64,000 nt of DNA from the human T2T-CHM13v2.0 reference genome, Homo sapiens: NCBI RefSeq assembly GCF_009914755.1, contig NC_060930.1; one strand, given 5' to 3'. Shown here piece after piece: positions 43,900 through 57,303 of the stretch. The notes below the pieces were generated by a model, which was not told the origin of the DNA, searched no databases, and saw only the letters and a list, made by a program, of their open reading frames with translations. Every line of letters starts with the position of its first letter. The first letter of the stretch is position 1. A program made the translations under genes and the position numbers.

Positions 43900-46800
43900 C
43901 GTTCCATCGAGGCTGTAGAGTTTCAGGGGTCAGACTCTTAACAAGAACCGATCATCCAGCTAGGGTGTCTTCATATGGCTGGGAATCTGGAGTAGGCAAG
44001 AGAAGATTAGCAGCCTGGCGAATTTCCTGTCTAGCCTGCTGGAGGACTGGAAGATAGTTGCCCAGAGGGCTGGTGTCTGGAATAAGATTGGGGCTGAGCA
44101 AGAAAGTGTGTCTATATAAAAGTTCAAATGGACTGTACCCTGTAGCATCTCGAGGGCAGGCTCTAATTCTGAGAAAGGCAAGTGGTAGAAGTACTGTCCA
44201 GTCCTTTTTAAGTTAGAGGCTGAGCTTGGTGAGGTGTGTTTTTTAAAGAGCATTAGTCCATTTTACCTTTCCTGAAGATTGAGGACAGTAAGGGGTATGA
44301 AGTTTCCACTGAATACCAAGAACCTGAGAGACAGCTTGGGTGATTTGACTAATAAAAGCTGGACCATTGTCAGATTGAATAGAAGTAGGGAGGCCAAATC
44401 AGGGAATTATATCTGTTAGAAGGGAAGAAATGACTGCAATAGGCTTTTTGGAACTAGTGGGAAAGTCCTCGAGCCATCCGGTGAAGGTGTCGATCCAAAC
44501 CAGGAGATACTTAAATTTACGGACATGGGGCATATGAGTAAAGTCTAACTGCCAATCATGAGTTGAAGTAAATCCACAAGCCTGATGCTCAGGAAAAGGA
44601 GGAGGCCTGAGAAAGCCTTGGGGGCTGGTGGCATGGCAGACAGAGGATTGAGAGGTTATGGTCTTAAGGATGGACTTCCATGAAGAGAAGGAGATGAGGA
44701 GCTGCAGGAATCAAGCCACAGGCTTGTATCCCACATGGAAGTGGTCATGAAGGGAAGAAAGAATGGACTGAGCTTGTGAGGCAGGAAGAATGAATTTTCC
44801 ATGATTTATAAGAACCACTTGCCTTGAGTTGGAAAAGACTGGTAGAGCAGGTTTTCAGAAAAGTAGGTGGGAGTGTTGGAGGAGAAGGAGAAATACTGGA
44901 CCTCTGGAGTGAGGGCTGGAATATTAGTGGATGTGGAGGCATCAGCTATTTCTTTTGCCGTCCTGTTGGCATAGGCATTTCCTTTTGCAATAAGATCAGT
45001 AGGTTTCTGGTGCCCTTTATAATGAATGACTCCAGCCTTGGCTGGCAGGAAAGCAACCTTAAGGAGGGCCTTTGTTAGGGAGGCATTGATAATGGAAGAG
45101 CCTTGTGTGGTAAGGAAGCCTCTTTCAGCCCAGAAGGCAGCATGGTTATGGAGGATATAGAAAGCATATCTGGAGTCAGTATAAATGTCAATGTGCATTC
45201 CTTTAGTGAGAGAATGCGGTAGTTAAAGCAATCAGTTCAGCTTATTCGGAAGTGGTGGAGGGAAGTGCAGCAGCTTCAATAGTAGCGGTGTGGGACACGA
45301 CAACATATCTAGCTTTAGCTGGTGAAAATTGATTGGGTTTAGAAGAACTGCCATCAATAAACCAAGTGTGGTCTGTGTTTGGAATTGGCAGAATAGGAAT
45401 ATGAGGACGGGGGAGGATGCTATGTTTATTAGGGAAATACAGTCAGGTGGTTCAGGACTTGTGCTGGGTGCTAAGTGAGAAAGTGGGTTGAAATCAGGCC
45501 TATGGATAATAGTTACTGTTGGAGTTTTAACAAAGAGTGAATAGAGCTGGAGGAGTTGAGGGGCAGACAATAAATGTGAAAGGTATGGGGAGGATATTAA
45601 TGCTTGAAGGTTGTGAGAACTGTAAAGGGTAAGTGGAGCATAGCCTGTGATTTTGAAGGCCTCTAGAAGTATTAAAGCAGTGCCTGCCGCCCCATGCAGA
45701 GCCAGCCCAGAACTGTGAGGTCAAGTTTCTTTGATAGAAAGGCAACAGGTTGTGAGCCTGGCTCCTGTGTGAGGACTCCGGCAGCACAGACTTGTATTTC
45801 CGCTGTGTGTAAGGAAAAGGGATGGGACGAGTTGGGGAGTGCAAGTGTAGGAGCTGTCTCCAGGACCTTTTTGAGAAAGTGAAAGGAAGAATGGGGAAAA
45901 GACTTAGGATCTATGGGATTAGTTAAGTTATCCTTTGTGAGCTTGTAAAGTGGTTTTGGTTAGAATAGCAAAGCCTGGTATCCAGAGTTGGAAATATCCA
46001 ACAATGCCTAAGAAGGAAAGGAGTTGTTTGGTGGTGGGGATTGGGGTCTGGGAGATTAACTGAATACGGTCTGCAGGAAGGGCACATGTATGTTGATGGA
46101 GGATTATACTGAGATAGGTAACACTAGGAGAAGAAATTTGTGCCTTGGAGGGGGATACTTGGTACCCCTTTCAGTAGAGATGTTGAAGAAGCAGGATAGT
46201 GTCCTGCTGGGAAGATTAGTAAGAGGGGCTGCAAAGGAGATCATCAAAATATTGAATAAGGTGAGAGGCAGATGGGGAAGAAGAAAGCAGATCATGAGAA
46301 GGGGCCTGGCCAAAGTAGTGTGGGCTGTCCCTGAAGCCTTGGGGCAGAACAGTCCAGGTGAGTTGTTGGGATTAGTGGGTGTCAGGGTCAGTCCAAGTAA
46401 AGGCAAAAAGAGGCTGGGAGGAGGGATGCAAGGGGATAGTAAAGAAAGCATCTTTGAGGTCGATAACAGAATAGTGAGTTGTGGAAAGGGGTATTGAAGA
46501 TAGGAGGGTGTACAGGTTTGGCACTATAGGATGGATGGGAAGGACAATTTGATTAACAAGGTGAAGATCCTGAACCAACCTGTAAGACTTGTCCAGTTTC
46601 TGGAGGGGTAGGATAGGGGAGTTGTAAGGAGAATTTGTAGGCTTTAAGAGGCCATGTTGTAACAGGTGAGTTATAACAGGCTTTAACCCTTTTAAAGCCT
46701 GCTGTGGGATGGGATATTGGCGTTGAGCAGGGTAAGGGTGATTAGGTTTTAATGGGATGATAAGGGGTGCATGATCGGTTGCCAAAGTAGGAGTAGAGGT

Positions 46801-47157
46801 ATCCCATACGTGTGGATTAAGGTAGGGAGACATAAGGGGAGGATGTGAAGGAGACTTTGAACTGGGGAAAAGGGTGGCAATGAGGTGTGGCTGTAGCCCA
46901 GGAATAGTCAGAGAAGCAGATAGTTTAGTTAAAATGTCTTGACCTAATAAGGGAGCTGGGCAGGTGGGGATAACTAAAAAGGAGTGTATAAAAGAATGTT
47001 GTCCAAGTTGGCACCAGAGTGGGGGAGTTTTAAGAGGTTTAGAAGCCTGACCATCAATACCCACAACAGTTATGGAGGCAAGGGAAACAGGCCTTTGTAA
47101 AGAAGGTAATGTGGAGTGGGTAGCCTCCGTATCAATTAAGAAGGGACTTACCTCCAC
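43900..47157 (-). pseudogene. pol: HERV-H pro-pol remnant
   Basis: Protease LIDTEAT/LLGQDIL, RT YRLVQDL, DLKDAFFTIPL, LIQYFDDLL, RNase H IYTDSRYAF, integrase region; many frameshifts. Confidence 0.9.
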
Positions 47158-47169
47158 TGTAAGTTACCT

Positions 47170-48474
47170 GAAGTGTCTGTGATGGTCCAGGAGGCTTCTG
47201 AGGCAATCAGGCAGCATCAGTCTTCAGCCACTAAGCCAAGAAGATCTGGGAAGGAGTCAGTCAGAGAGCCTTGGGGCAGAGTTCCAGGGGCTCTGGGAGT
47301 GGCTTTTGGGCAAGCTGGACAGTCCGATTTCGAGTGGGGACCTGCACAGATAGGACACGGCTTAGGAGGAATCCTGGGCTGCGGGCATTCCTTGGCCCAG
47401 TGGCCAGATTTCCGGCACTTGAAGCAAGATCCTGGGGGAGGAGGTCCTGGAGGAATGCCTGGCCACTGTGGTTTAGGCGTTTTGAAGTTTTTGTGTGCTG
47501 GAGATGTGGCTGGGGTTTCTCTCAGAGCGGAGGCAAGTAATTGCAATCCAGAAATACATTGCCGCTTGGCTGCCTCTTCTCTATTATTGTACACCTTGAA
47601 GGCAAGGTTAATTAAGTCCTGTTGTGGGGTTTGAGGGCGGAATCTAATTTTTGGAGCTTTTTCTAATGTTGGGAGTGGATTGGGTAATAAAATACATATT
47701 GAGAATAAGATGGCCTTCTGGTCCCTCTGGGTCTAGGGCGGTAAAGCATCTAAGGGTTGTTGCCAAACCAGCCACGGACTGGGCTGGGTTTTTATATTTG
47801 ATGAAAAAGAGCCTAAACGCTAACCAATTTGGGAGAGGTCAGATAAAGAAAAAAGGAGCATTAATCTTGACTATGCCTTCAGCTCCGGCCACCTCTCTAA
47901 AATGAAATTGTTGGGCAGGTCGGGGAGAGCTACTTACAGAAAGAAACTGTAAGCCAGACTGGGTGTGAAGAGGTGAGGTGATAGAAGCATTATAGGGTGG
48001 GAGAGTGGAGGTTGAGGAAGAATTGGGACCTGGCTCGGCCTGGTGAGGAGCAGCCTGGGGAGGAGGGGCAAGGTCAGATGGATCTGTAGAAAAAGAGGAT
48101 TCAAAGGACTCAGAGCTTGGGGTGGAGACTGAAGGAACACATAGGAGAGAAAGAAGAAATATTTGGCACGAGTTGCAATGGGAGCAGAGACTAGGGAGGG
48201 ACCGATGTGTAAAGAATGCCTGGACATCAGGCACCTCAGACCATTTGCCCATTTTACAACAAAAATTATCTAGATCTTGTAGGATAGACAAATCAAAAGT
48301 GCCATTCTCTGGCCACTTGAAACTATTGTTGAGTGTGTATTGGGGCCAAGTGGTATTACAGAAGAAAATAAGATGTTTAGGTTTTAGGTCAGGTGTTAGT
48401 CGAAGGGGTTTTAGGTTTTTAAGAACACAGGCTAAGGGAGAAGAAAGGGGAATGGAGGGCAGAAGGTTGCCCAT
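47170..48474 (-). pseudogene. gag: HERV-H gag remnant
   Basis: MGNL...LIFFCNTTWPQY matrix, PPY late-domain-like motif, zinc knuckles [14 protein letters not shown] and [13 protein letters not shown]; capsid largely deleted. Confidence 0.88.
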
Positions 48475-48595
48475 AGTGAAGGAGGTAAGTTTAAAGAGAA
48501 AAGTAGAGACACAGAGAAGGTGGGGGTGAGTAGCCGTGGGCTGTAATGTGGGTGAGCAGCCAAAGCAGGTGTCCCCACAACTGACTTGTCACCAA

Positions 48596-48815
48596 GGGAA
48601 TGTGGGTGAATGACCAAGGCAGGCATCCTCACGGTGATCAGACACCAGTGGAATGTGGGTGAATGATTGAATGATCAAGGCTGGCGTCCCAGCAGTGATC
48701 AGACACCAATGGAATGTGGGTGAATGATCAAGGCAGGCATCCCTGTGGTGATCAGACACCAATGGAATGTAGATGAATGATCAAGGCAGGCATCCCCGCT
48801 ATGATCAGACACCGA
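48596..48815 (-). repeat. HERV-H leader tandem repeat (about 55-65 bp, about 4 copies)
   Basis: GGAATGTGGGTGAATGATCAAGGCAGGCATCCC...GTGATCAGACACC repeated. Confidence 0.85.
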
Positions 48816-49120
48816 GGGAAGACCATCTTCCCATATCCGTGACCGACGTCGGAGTTTTTGAGTTCACGGATAAAATGTGTCTCCTTTGTTTCCACTAGAG
48901 AGGAAAAAGAACTGGAATTGGAAGAACAGGGAGATTGAAGGGTAGCGAGAGAAGCTGGAGAAGAGTGAAGAGACTGCTTACCTGATTTGAAATTGGTGAG
49001 ATGTTCCTTGGGCTGGTCTGAGGACCTGAGGTTGTAGGTGGATTTCCTCACGGAGTGAGGGTGAGGACAGGGGGCTGGTCTCCTGGAGCAGTCCCCCTGT
49101 CCCAGGTCTTCGGCACCAAA

Positions 49121-49562
49121 TGTTATGTGTGTCCACGTGAAGAGACCACCAGACAGGCTTTGTGTGAGCAATAAAGCTTCTTAATCACCTGGGCATAGGC
49201 AGAATGAGTCCAAAACAGAAGTCAGCAAAGGGAGATAGGGGTGGGGCAGTTTTATAGGATTTGGGTAGGTAGTGGAAAATTATAGTTAAAGGGGGTTGTT
49301 CTCTTGCATGCAGGTGCAGCAGTCGCAAGGTGCTCAATGGGGAGCTCCTGAGATTCATTGTCCGGGAAAAGGAATGTCACAGGGTCAATTGATCAGTTAG
49401 GGTGGGGCAGGAACAAATCACAATGGTGGAATGTCATAAGTTAAGGCAGCAACTGGCTATTTTCACTTCTTTTGTAGTTCTTCAGTTGCTTCAGGCCATC
49501 TGGATGTATATGTGCAGGTCACAGGGGATATGATGGCTTAGCTTGGTCTCAGAGGCCTTACA
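49121..49562 (-). repeat. 5' LTR7 (promoter LTR)
   Basis: Homologous to 42231-42669 and followed by the PBS. Confidence 0.95.
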
Positions 49563-50545
49563 CTCCCTAACTCATCTTATGAGGCCAGCATCACTCTGAT
49601 ACCAAAGCCTAGCAGAGGCACAACAAAAAAAAAATTTTAGGCCAATATGCTTGATGAACATGGGTGCAAAAATCCTCAGCAAAATACTAGCAAACTGGAT
49701 CCAGCAGCATATCAAAAACTTAATCCACCACAATCAAGTAGGCTTTATTTCTGGGATGCGAGGTTGGTTCATCACCCACACATCAATAAATGTGATTCAC
49801 TACATAAACAGAACTAAAAGCAAAAACCATGTGATAATCTCAACAGACAGAAATGGCTTTTGATGAAATTCAACATCCCTTCATGTTAAAAACCCTCAAC
49901 ACACCAGACATTGAAGAAACATTCCTCAAAATATTGAGAGCTATGTATGACAAACCTGCAGCCAACATCATACTACATGGGCAAGAGCTGGAATTATTCC
50001 CCTTGAGAACCAGAACAAGACAAGGATGTCCCCTCTCATTACTCCTATTCCAAATAGTACTGGAAGTCCTAGCCAGAGCAATCAGGCAAGAGAAATAAAT
50101 CAGGCAAGAGAAAGAAATAAAAGTCATCCAAATAGGAAGAGGGAAAGTCAAACGATCTCTCTTCAGAGATGATATGATTATATACCTAGAAAACTCCACT
50201 CTCTGCCAAAAGGCTCCTAGATCTGATAAACGATTTCAGAAAAGTTTCAGAATACACAATGAATGTGCAACTATTAGTAGCATTTATATACACCAATAAC
50301 ATCCAAGCTGAAAGCCAAATAAAAATGCAATCCATTTACCATAGCCACAGAAAGAATGAAATACCTAGGAATACAGCTAACCAGGGAAGTGAAAGATCTC
50401 TGCAATGAGAATTAAAAAACACTGCTGAAAACCAGAGATAACATAAACATATGGAACAGCTTTTCATGCTCATGGATAGGAAGAATCAGTATTGTTAAAT
50501 GGGCATACTGCCCAAAGCAATTTACAGATTCAATGGTACTACTAG

Positions 50546-51003
50546 TGTGAAAGGAAAATGTCTTGAGCCCCCCAAATCACTAAGGAAAACTCAAGCTGGA
50601 AACCGCTTAGGGCAAACCTGCCTCCCATTCTATTCAAAGTCAACCCTCTGCTCAGTGAGAGAGAATCATATCTAATTACCTCCTTTGGAAAGGCTAATCA
50701 GAAACTCAAAAGAATGTAATCGTTTGTGTATCACCTAGTGTAACCTGGGAGCTCCCTCTCTGCTTTGAGTCTTCTTTCCTTTGCTTCAAGTTGTCCCACC
50801 TTTCCAGACCAAACCACTGTACTTCTTACATATATAGATTGATGTCTCATGTCTCCCTAAAATGTGTAAAACCAAGCTGTGCCCTGACCACCTTGGGCAC
50901 ATGTCATCAGGACTTCCTGAGGCTGTCACAAGTGCTTCCTCAACCTTGGCAAAATAAACTTTCTAAATTAATGGAGACCTGTCTCAGACTTTCTGGGTTC
51001 ACA
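50546..51003 (+). mobile_element. Solo MER4A-like LTR
   Basis: TGTGAAAGGAAAAT...CTTAGGGCAAACCTGCCTCCCATTCTATTCAAAGTC...GGTTCACA; perfect 4-bp TSD CTAG. Confidence 0.88.
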
Positions 51004-51140
51004 CTAGCAATCTACCAATAACATTTTTCACAGAATTAGAAAAAAAATGATTCTAAAATTTATATCAAACAGCAACAACAAAAAAGCCTGAATAGTCAAA
51101 GCAACCCTAAGCAAAAACAAACAAACAAAAAACACAAAAC

Positions 51141-51177
<37 letters not shown>

Positions 51178-52030
51178 CAAAGCTGGAGGCATCACATTAC
51201 CTGACTTCAGGCTATACTGCAAGGCTACCATAATTAAAACAACATGGTACTGGTACAAAAACAGACTCATAGATCAATGGAATCAGTTAGAGAACCCAGG
51301 AATAAAGCCTCACACTTACAGTAATCTGATCTTTGACAAAGCCAACAATAATAAGCAATGGGGAATGACTCTGTATTCAGTAAATGGCGCTGAAAAAACT
51401 GGACGGCCATAATCAGAATATCGAAGCTGGACAACTACTTTTCACTATATACAAAAATCAACTCAAGATGGGTTAAAGACTAAACTGTAGAACCTAAAAG
51501 TGTAAAAATCCTAGAAGAAAACCTAGGAAATGCCATTCTGTACATCGGCCCTGACAAATACTTTATAATGAAGACTCCAAAAGCAATTGCAACAAAACAA
51601 AAATTCACAAGTATGACCTAATTAAACTAAAGAGCTTCTGCACAGCAAAAGAAACTATCAACAGGATATGCAGACAACCTATAGGATGGGAGAAAATATT
51701 TGCAAAGTATATCTGACAAAAGTCTAATATCCAGAATCTATAAAGAACTTAAATCAACAAGCAAAGAAAAGGGAATGCTTATACACTACTGGTGGGAATG
51801 TAAATTAGTTCAGCCACTGTGAAAAGCAGTCGGAGATTTCTCAAAAAACTTAAAACATAACTACTATTTGACTCAGCAATCCCATTACTTATATATCCAA
51901 AGGAATATAAATCATTTAGCCATAAAGACATATGCATGTATATGTTAACTGTAGCACTATTCACAATAGCAAAGACATGGAATCAACTTAGATTGCCATC
52001 AATGGTGGACTGGATTTAAAAAATGTGGTT

Positions 52031-52327
<297 letters not shown>

Positions 52328-52330
52328 TCA

Positions 52331-54330
52331 TTTTTGAGGGATAGTTTTCCTGGATATAAGACTCTTGGTTCAACGTTCTTTTAGAACTTTGGCTGTCATC
52401 CCCACTGCCTTCTAGTCTCCAGTATTTCTGATGAGAAGTCAGATGATAATCTTACTGAGGTTCTCTTGTACATGATGAGTCATTTTCCTCTTGCTGCTTT
52501 CAAAACTGTCTCTTTGACTCTAGCTTTTAGTGTTCCTATTATGATGCAACTGAATGTGAATATTTTTACATTAATCCTATTTAGAGAAAGGAGCTTTTTA
52601 GATATATAATTTTTTTCATCAACTTTAATGTTTCAGCAATTAATTCTTTGAATATTTTTTTAACTTGCTTCTCTCTGCTCCTTTGATACTTCCATTATGT
52701 GTACTTTGGTGTCATCAGTGGTATTCCATACTTGTCTGAGGATCTGTTCATTTTATTTTTTTCTTGTTGCTCAGATTGCATAATCTCTATCAGCCTATCT
52801 TCAAGTTCACTGATTCTTTCTTCCATCAGTTCAAATCTACTGTTGAGCTCCTCTAGTGAAGTTTTCACTGTGCTTTTCAACTCTAAAGTTTCCATTTGTT
52901 TCATTTTTAAAATACTTTATCTCCCTTTTTAGTAGTCTCTATTTGATGAGACACTCTTATCATACCTTCTTTTACTTCTTTAAGCATGATTTTATTTCCT
53001 TGAACATATTTATATTGGTTGTTTTGATCTATGATAAATCTGACATTTGGGGCCTCTCACTGGCAGTTTCTATTGTCTGCTCGTTTACTTGTGTATCAGT
53101 CATGCTTTCCTATTTTTTTACAAGTCTCATAGTTTTTTTGTTGAAAACTAGACATTTGAGTAATATAATGTTACTAAATTAAAACTAGACATTGTAGTAA
53201 CTTTGTATACTGACTCCCCGTCCTGGGTCTTGTTTTATTTTTTGTTTGTTAGTGACTTGGCCAGGCTATTTTAGTAAATTTCCTCCACAGTGTGAAGCCT
53301 CTGGTGTTACCCTTCAGAGAGCACAGCCTTGGGCATGGACATAAACAACCTGGGATGAGAATAGTTTGAGCAGGGCTTTGGATGTCTTGTCTTTGCAATG
53401 TCATTTGCTGATTTTTGTTAACCAGTCTTCGTCATTTGGTATTATACTCAGCTGGGAGGATCCATTAATTGCTGGCTGGGTGCTCTATTGGTTTTGATAA
53501 TGCCCTGGGGACATAAATTGCTCCACAGTGTGATCTAATTTTGCAGGGGTAGTTCTTGAGGTCACTTTTTGAGATTTGTTCTGACCCCAGAAAAGCTCTT
53601 TCCCTGGTTGTCACTGGTAAACTCACTGTTTTATGGCCTAGCTTGTTGTCTCATAGAGTCTCAGCCTTGTCTTAACTCCTTAGCACCAAATATTCATTGT
53701 TTTTTAATGTACCCTTAGGCTTGAACTTTCAACACTCTGCTTCAAATACAGTCAGTTTCTTTGGACAGAGCTTTTGAATGTTCTGTTCTTCCCCTGTCCC
53801 TAGACAAAACCTTCTATGCCACTGTTCCAAGGGCAGTGCACTGAAGAGTGGTAGCTTTTACTTTTCTTTGCTTGCCTCTCCCAGTGTTGGACCTCTGTTT
53901 ATGAGTGAGCTAGGGCAAAGGTGATAAGAGTTCCAGTATTCTTGGCTCAACATGCTTGGCATAGGGTATCCACCTTATGTATGGAGTGCAGGAAGGTAGC
54001 CCCAGGCTTTTGTTTAGATCTCTGGGAATGTAGCCTTGACAACTCAGAAGTGAAAGTGATAAGAAATGCTGGCATTCTGCCCCTCTCAGTGAGATACTAT
54101 ATTCCTTGACTGGGAGCTGAGGGGAAAGGAATCCTTTTCTTCTTGGCCACACCTGTCCAGAGTGGAGCTTCCATCACACTGAGCTGGGTAGGAAAGCAGG
54201 CTGTGGCTCAAGTGCCATAGACTCTTGCTCTTCTTAGTGAGATTTAGTAGAGTATCTTGAATAAGTATTACTTCATTTGTTGTTTTCTCTTAAGACAATT
54301 TTCAGAGACTTGGAATTAAAAAAATTGTAT
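52331..54330 (-). mobile_element. Old L1M ORF1/5' region
   Basis: ORF 52695-52904 is an ORF1 coiled coil (LEELNSRFELMEERISELEDRLIEIMQSEQ). Confidence 0.75.
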
Positions 54331-56340
54331 CAGTCATGGTTGTTTTACAGGGCAATGAGCCACACCACCATTATGGAAGTGCCATTATAATTTATGAACA
54401 TTTCTTTAAAAATCATAACTGATTAAAAGTATTTATAAATCAAAATATGAACATGTTATTATTTTTCAGATATTATCAAAACAAAATTTGAGAAAAAGGA
54501 TATATCATAAATTTTAATAGAAAATTCAATGATGGATAAACCACGTGGTTCGATAGGACCCAAACGAAACCATTAATATACATAGCAGAAAAATACTGCT
54601 TTTCTTAATAAAAATAGCTTTTGACTTTTTATTTCCCCAAAATTAAAAATGTTTCTACCAAAAATGGGCAAATATCCTAAAAGACATTTTGGAAAAAAAG
54701 AAATAAACACATATGAAAATAATTTCAATCCTATTCTAATTAGTAAGTTGAAATTGAAAAGTTGAGGCATTTTTTCGTCCTGAAATGGCTTATATTTAAG
54801 TGACTGTTAGGAACCAACCATGTTGCAAATGTTTAGAAAATGATCAGTTTCATAATCTATGTGGAGAAGGATAAATTCTTTTTGTAAGACAATTTGCTGT
54901 TATCTTTCACAATAAAAATGTACATAAAAATATTTTGAACTAACTTTGATTAATTTCATTTCTAGGAGTTTATTCTGCATGCATCCTAAAATATTTGTGA
55001 AACATTACTTTCATGTAAAAAATTGGAAACAGCACACATGATCATCAAGAACGAGCTAGTTAACTGAATATTATATACATTTAACATAATTACACAAGTT
55101 TGCATATACTCATATAGAAACAGGGTCAAATTATATTCGTAATTAAAAGTGGTAGAGCATTGAATATATCGTATTTCATTTGAATGATATAATGCAGCAT
55201 AATTTGTCTTACTGCGACATTATTGGTTTTTGGAGGGTGATGTGCCTCATGTTAGAAGAGTTACATATTTAATTTTCACTTTATACTCTAATAAATATAT
55301 TCTTTATATATGTAACAAAATTTGAATTATTCAAAATAACTTAAAATTTGAAAATAATTAAGCAATTTATTTTGATTCTGTTACTTAGGTTTGACAAACA
55401 ACATAGTAAAGGACATATCTTTTTATATAATTCCCAAAGCATTAATGTGATTAAAGGATGTGTGTTTTATCATATACAGTGTCTACCATTGTCTGAGGTG
55501 CTTTGATTCTACAACTTAAAACTTTCCAGCTGCTGCAGTTTCTGACTGCACAATATTATACTCACAAAATTAAAATCATTACCAAATGATTTTCTTACAA
55601 TATGTCAAACAATTTAGTGAGTTAAAAATAGATGTGATTTAAAAAAGTAAAATAAAAAAAGATTCTTGAAAAATATGCATTTTGGTTTAGATCCTTGTCT
55701 TAGTCAAATTAAAAAAGAAAACAAAACCTATTAGAGTCTACTAGATCAATGCACTCTTTGTGGCTTAAATTTGTTTGTGTAAGTTCTACTACTAGCTATT
55801 TACTGCTAAACTCACTTTCTCACTAATGGTTTGCTCATAAATTTTTTCTTCTAACAAAAAACGTATCAGTTCAAATAAAAAGATGAGAAGTTTTCTTTTC
55901 TCAGATGTTTGGTTATTCTTCTTGAAAGCAGACGATTCACTATAAATTACTTTCAAGGGCTTTGGTTTCCTATATTTTTACTGCATTTCTCCTCAACTTC
56001 CAAGTTAAAACTAAGATACAACTTGACATTTATTTTTCTGAAGCATCATGTGCATTACGGCTTTTATATTCTAAAGGTGTGAGAAAGGAAAAATGGAGCA
56101 CACATTGGGAATGTTGACGCTGGATTGTGCTTTTATCTGTAGTTATTCATGTTTCAGGCAGTTCATTCCTACTTTCTGAGAAATTGATGAGTTGTTGTGT
56201 TTGTCCTTGCTATCTGTCTTTCTGGATAATGGGAAAATTCTCAAGGATTCTGAATAAGAGACTCATATTTGATGTTTAAAGTCAAAGGAGGAGCAAGGGA
56301 GATTTTCACATAAGCAGTTATTTACCAGAGGGAAGGGCAG

Positions 56341-56740
56341 GGCCCAAGGGATCTCATTATGAAGTGAATGGAATTACTGGCATTGATGATCTCACTTTGT
56401 TCCTATCCCAAAAGATTCTGTTACTTTAGATTTTAACTTCTCCCAATGCTATGTGAAGCAATTAAAACGTTTCAGATAAATTTCATAGTAGTTCGTACAG
56501 CAAAATTACTTTTAGAGTTTTTTCTCTTCAAGGAAATACACAATAAAATAATTAACTGTTCAGAATGAAAGTGAACTAGCTAAAACTCAACCCAATGTCT
56601 TTCATTTTCAGACACTAGGAATTCGTCAAAGCAACCAGATCACCAGGGACTAGCAACAATATCTAATAACCCCCTTCTTCAGGGATGATTAGCTAGTTAA
56701 GTGCCTGGAATGTCTCTGTAGACAAGACTTGAGGGAAAAA
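56341..56740. promoter_or_regulatory. Candidate OR enhancer (clustered homeodomain and O/E motifs)
   Basis: Minus strand TAATGAG-A-TCCCTTGGG (56343-56359) and CTAATCA-TCCCTGAAG (56677-56692), with further O/E-like sites. Confidence 0.4.
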
Positions 56741-56947
56741 GCTTTAATATTATGTTGCTTCATTGCCAGATCTATTCATAAAGGGATTATTCTACCTCTC
56801 AGATGAGAAAATCTGAATCTGCAAACTGGCTTAATATGGAAACTGGGTAAAAAGCCATGAATCCCTATTATATTGTTTCAAGTTATGTTTCTGTCTCCAC
56901 ACCTAGAATTTTTTCTGCTAATATACTCCAGCTAACATCTTAGTAGG

Positions 56948-57303
56948 TATCTTAGTCCATTTGGGTTGCTATAACAAAATACCATAAACTGGGTAGCTAA
57001 TAAACAAAAAAAATTTACTTATCATAGTTCTAGAAGTTAGGAAGTCTGACATTAAGGTTCTGGCAGATTGGTGTCTGGTGAAGGCCCCTTTATGGTTCAC
57101 AGATGGTGTCTTCTCACTGTGTCTTCACATGGTGGAAGAGACAAAGCAGCTCTCTGAGGCCTCTTCTATAAAGGCATGAATTCCATTCAAGAAGGCTGTG
57201 CCCTCATGATTTAATCACCTCCCAAGGGCCTACCTGCTAACACCATCACACTGGTGATTAGGTTTTAACATGTTTTGGGGGACACAGACATTCACAATAC
57301 AGT
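56948..57303 (-). mobile_element. MaLR LTR (MLT1A/MST-like)
   Basis: TCTTAGTCCATTTGGGTTGCTATAACAAAATACCATAAACTGGGT...GGGGACACAGACATTCA. Confidence 0.85.

Larger units (their letters stand above)
42231..49562 (-). mobile_element. HERV-H provirus (LTR7-gag-pro-pol-env-LTR7), defective
   Basis: Two LTR7s (49121-49562 and 42231-42669), PBS 49101-49118, PPT AAGAAGACAGTAA, 5-bp TSD CTCCA/CTCCC, recognisable retroviral ORF fragments. Confidence 0.95.

Noticed and set aside
46372-47157. 261-aa protease/RT ORF as a domesticated gene
   Set aside because: HERV-H fragment; protease DTG is DTE and the RT is truncated by a stop.
48596-48815. Regularly spaced repeats resembling a CRISPR array
   Set aside because: Tandem leader repeats of HERV-H with no unique spacers, in eukaryotic DNA with no cas genes.
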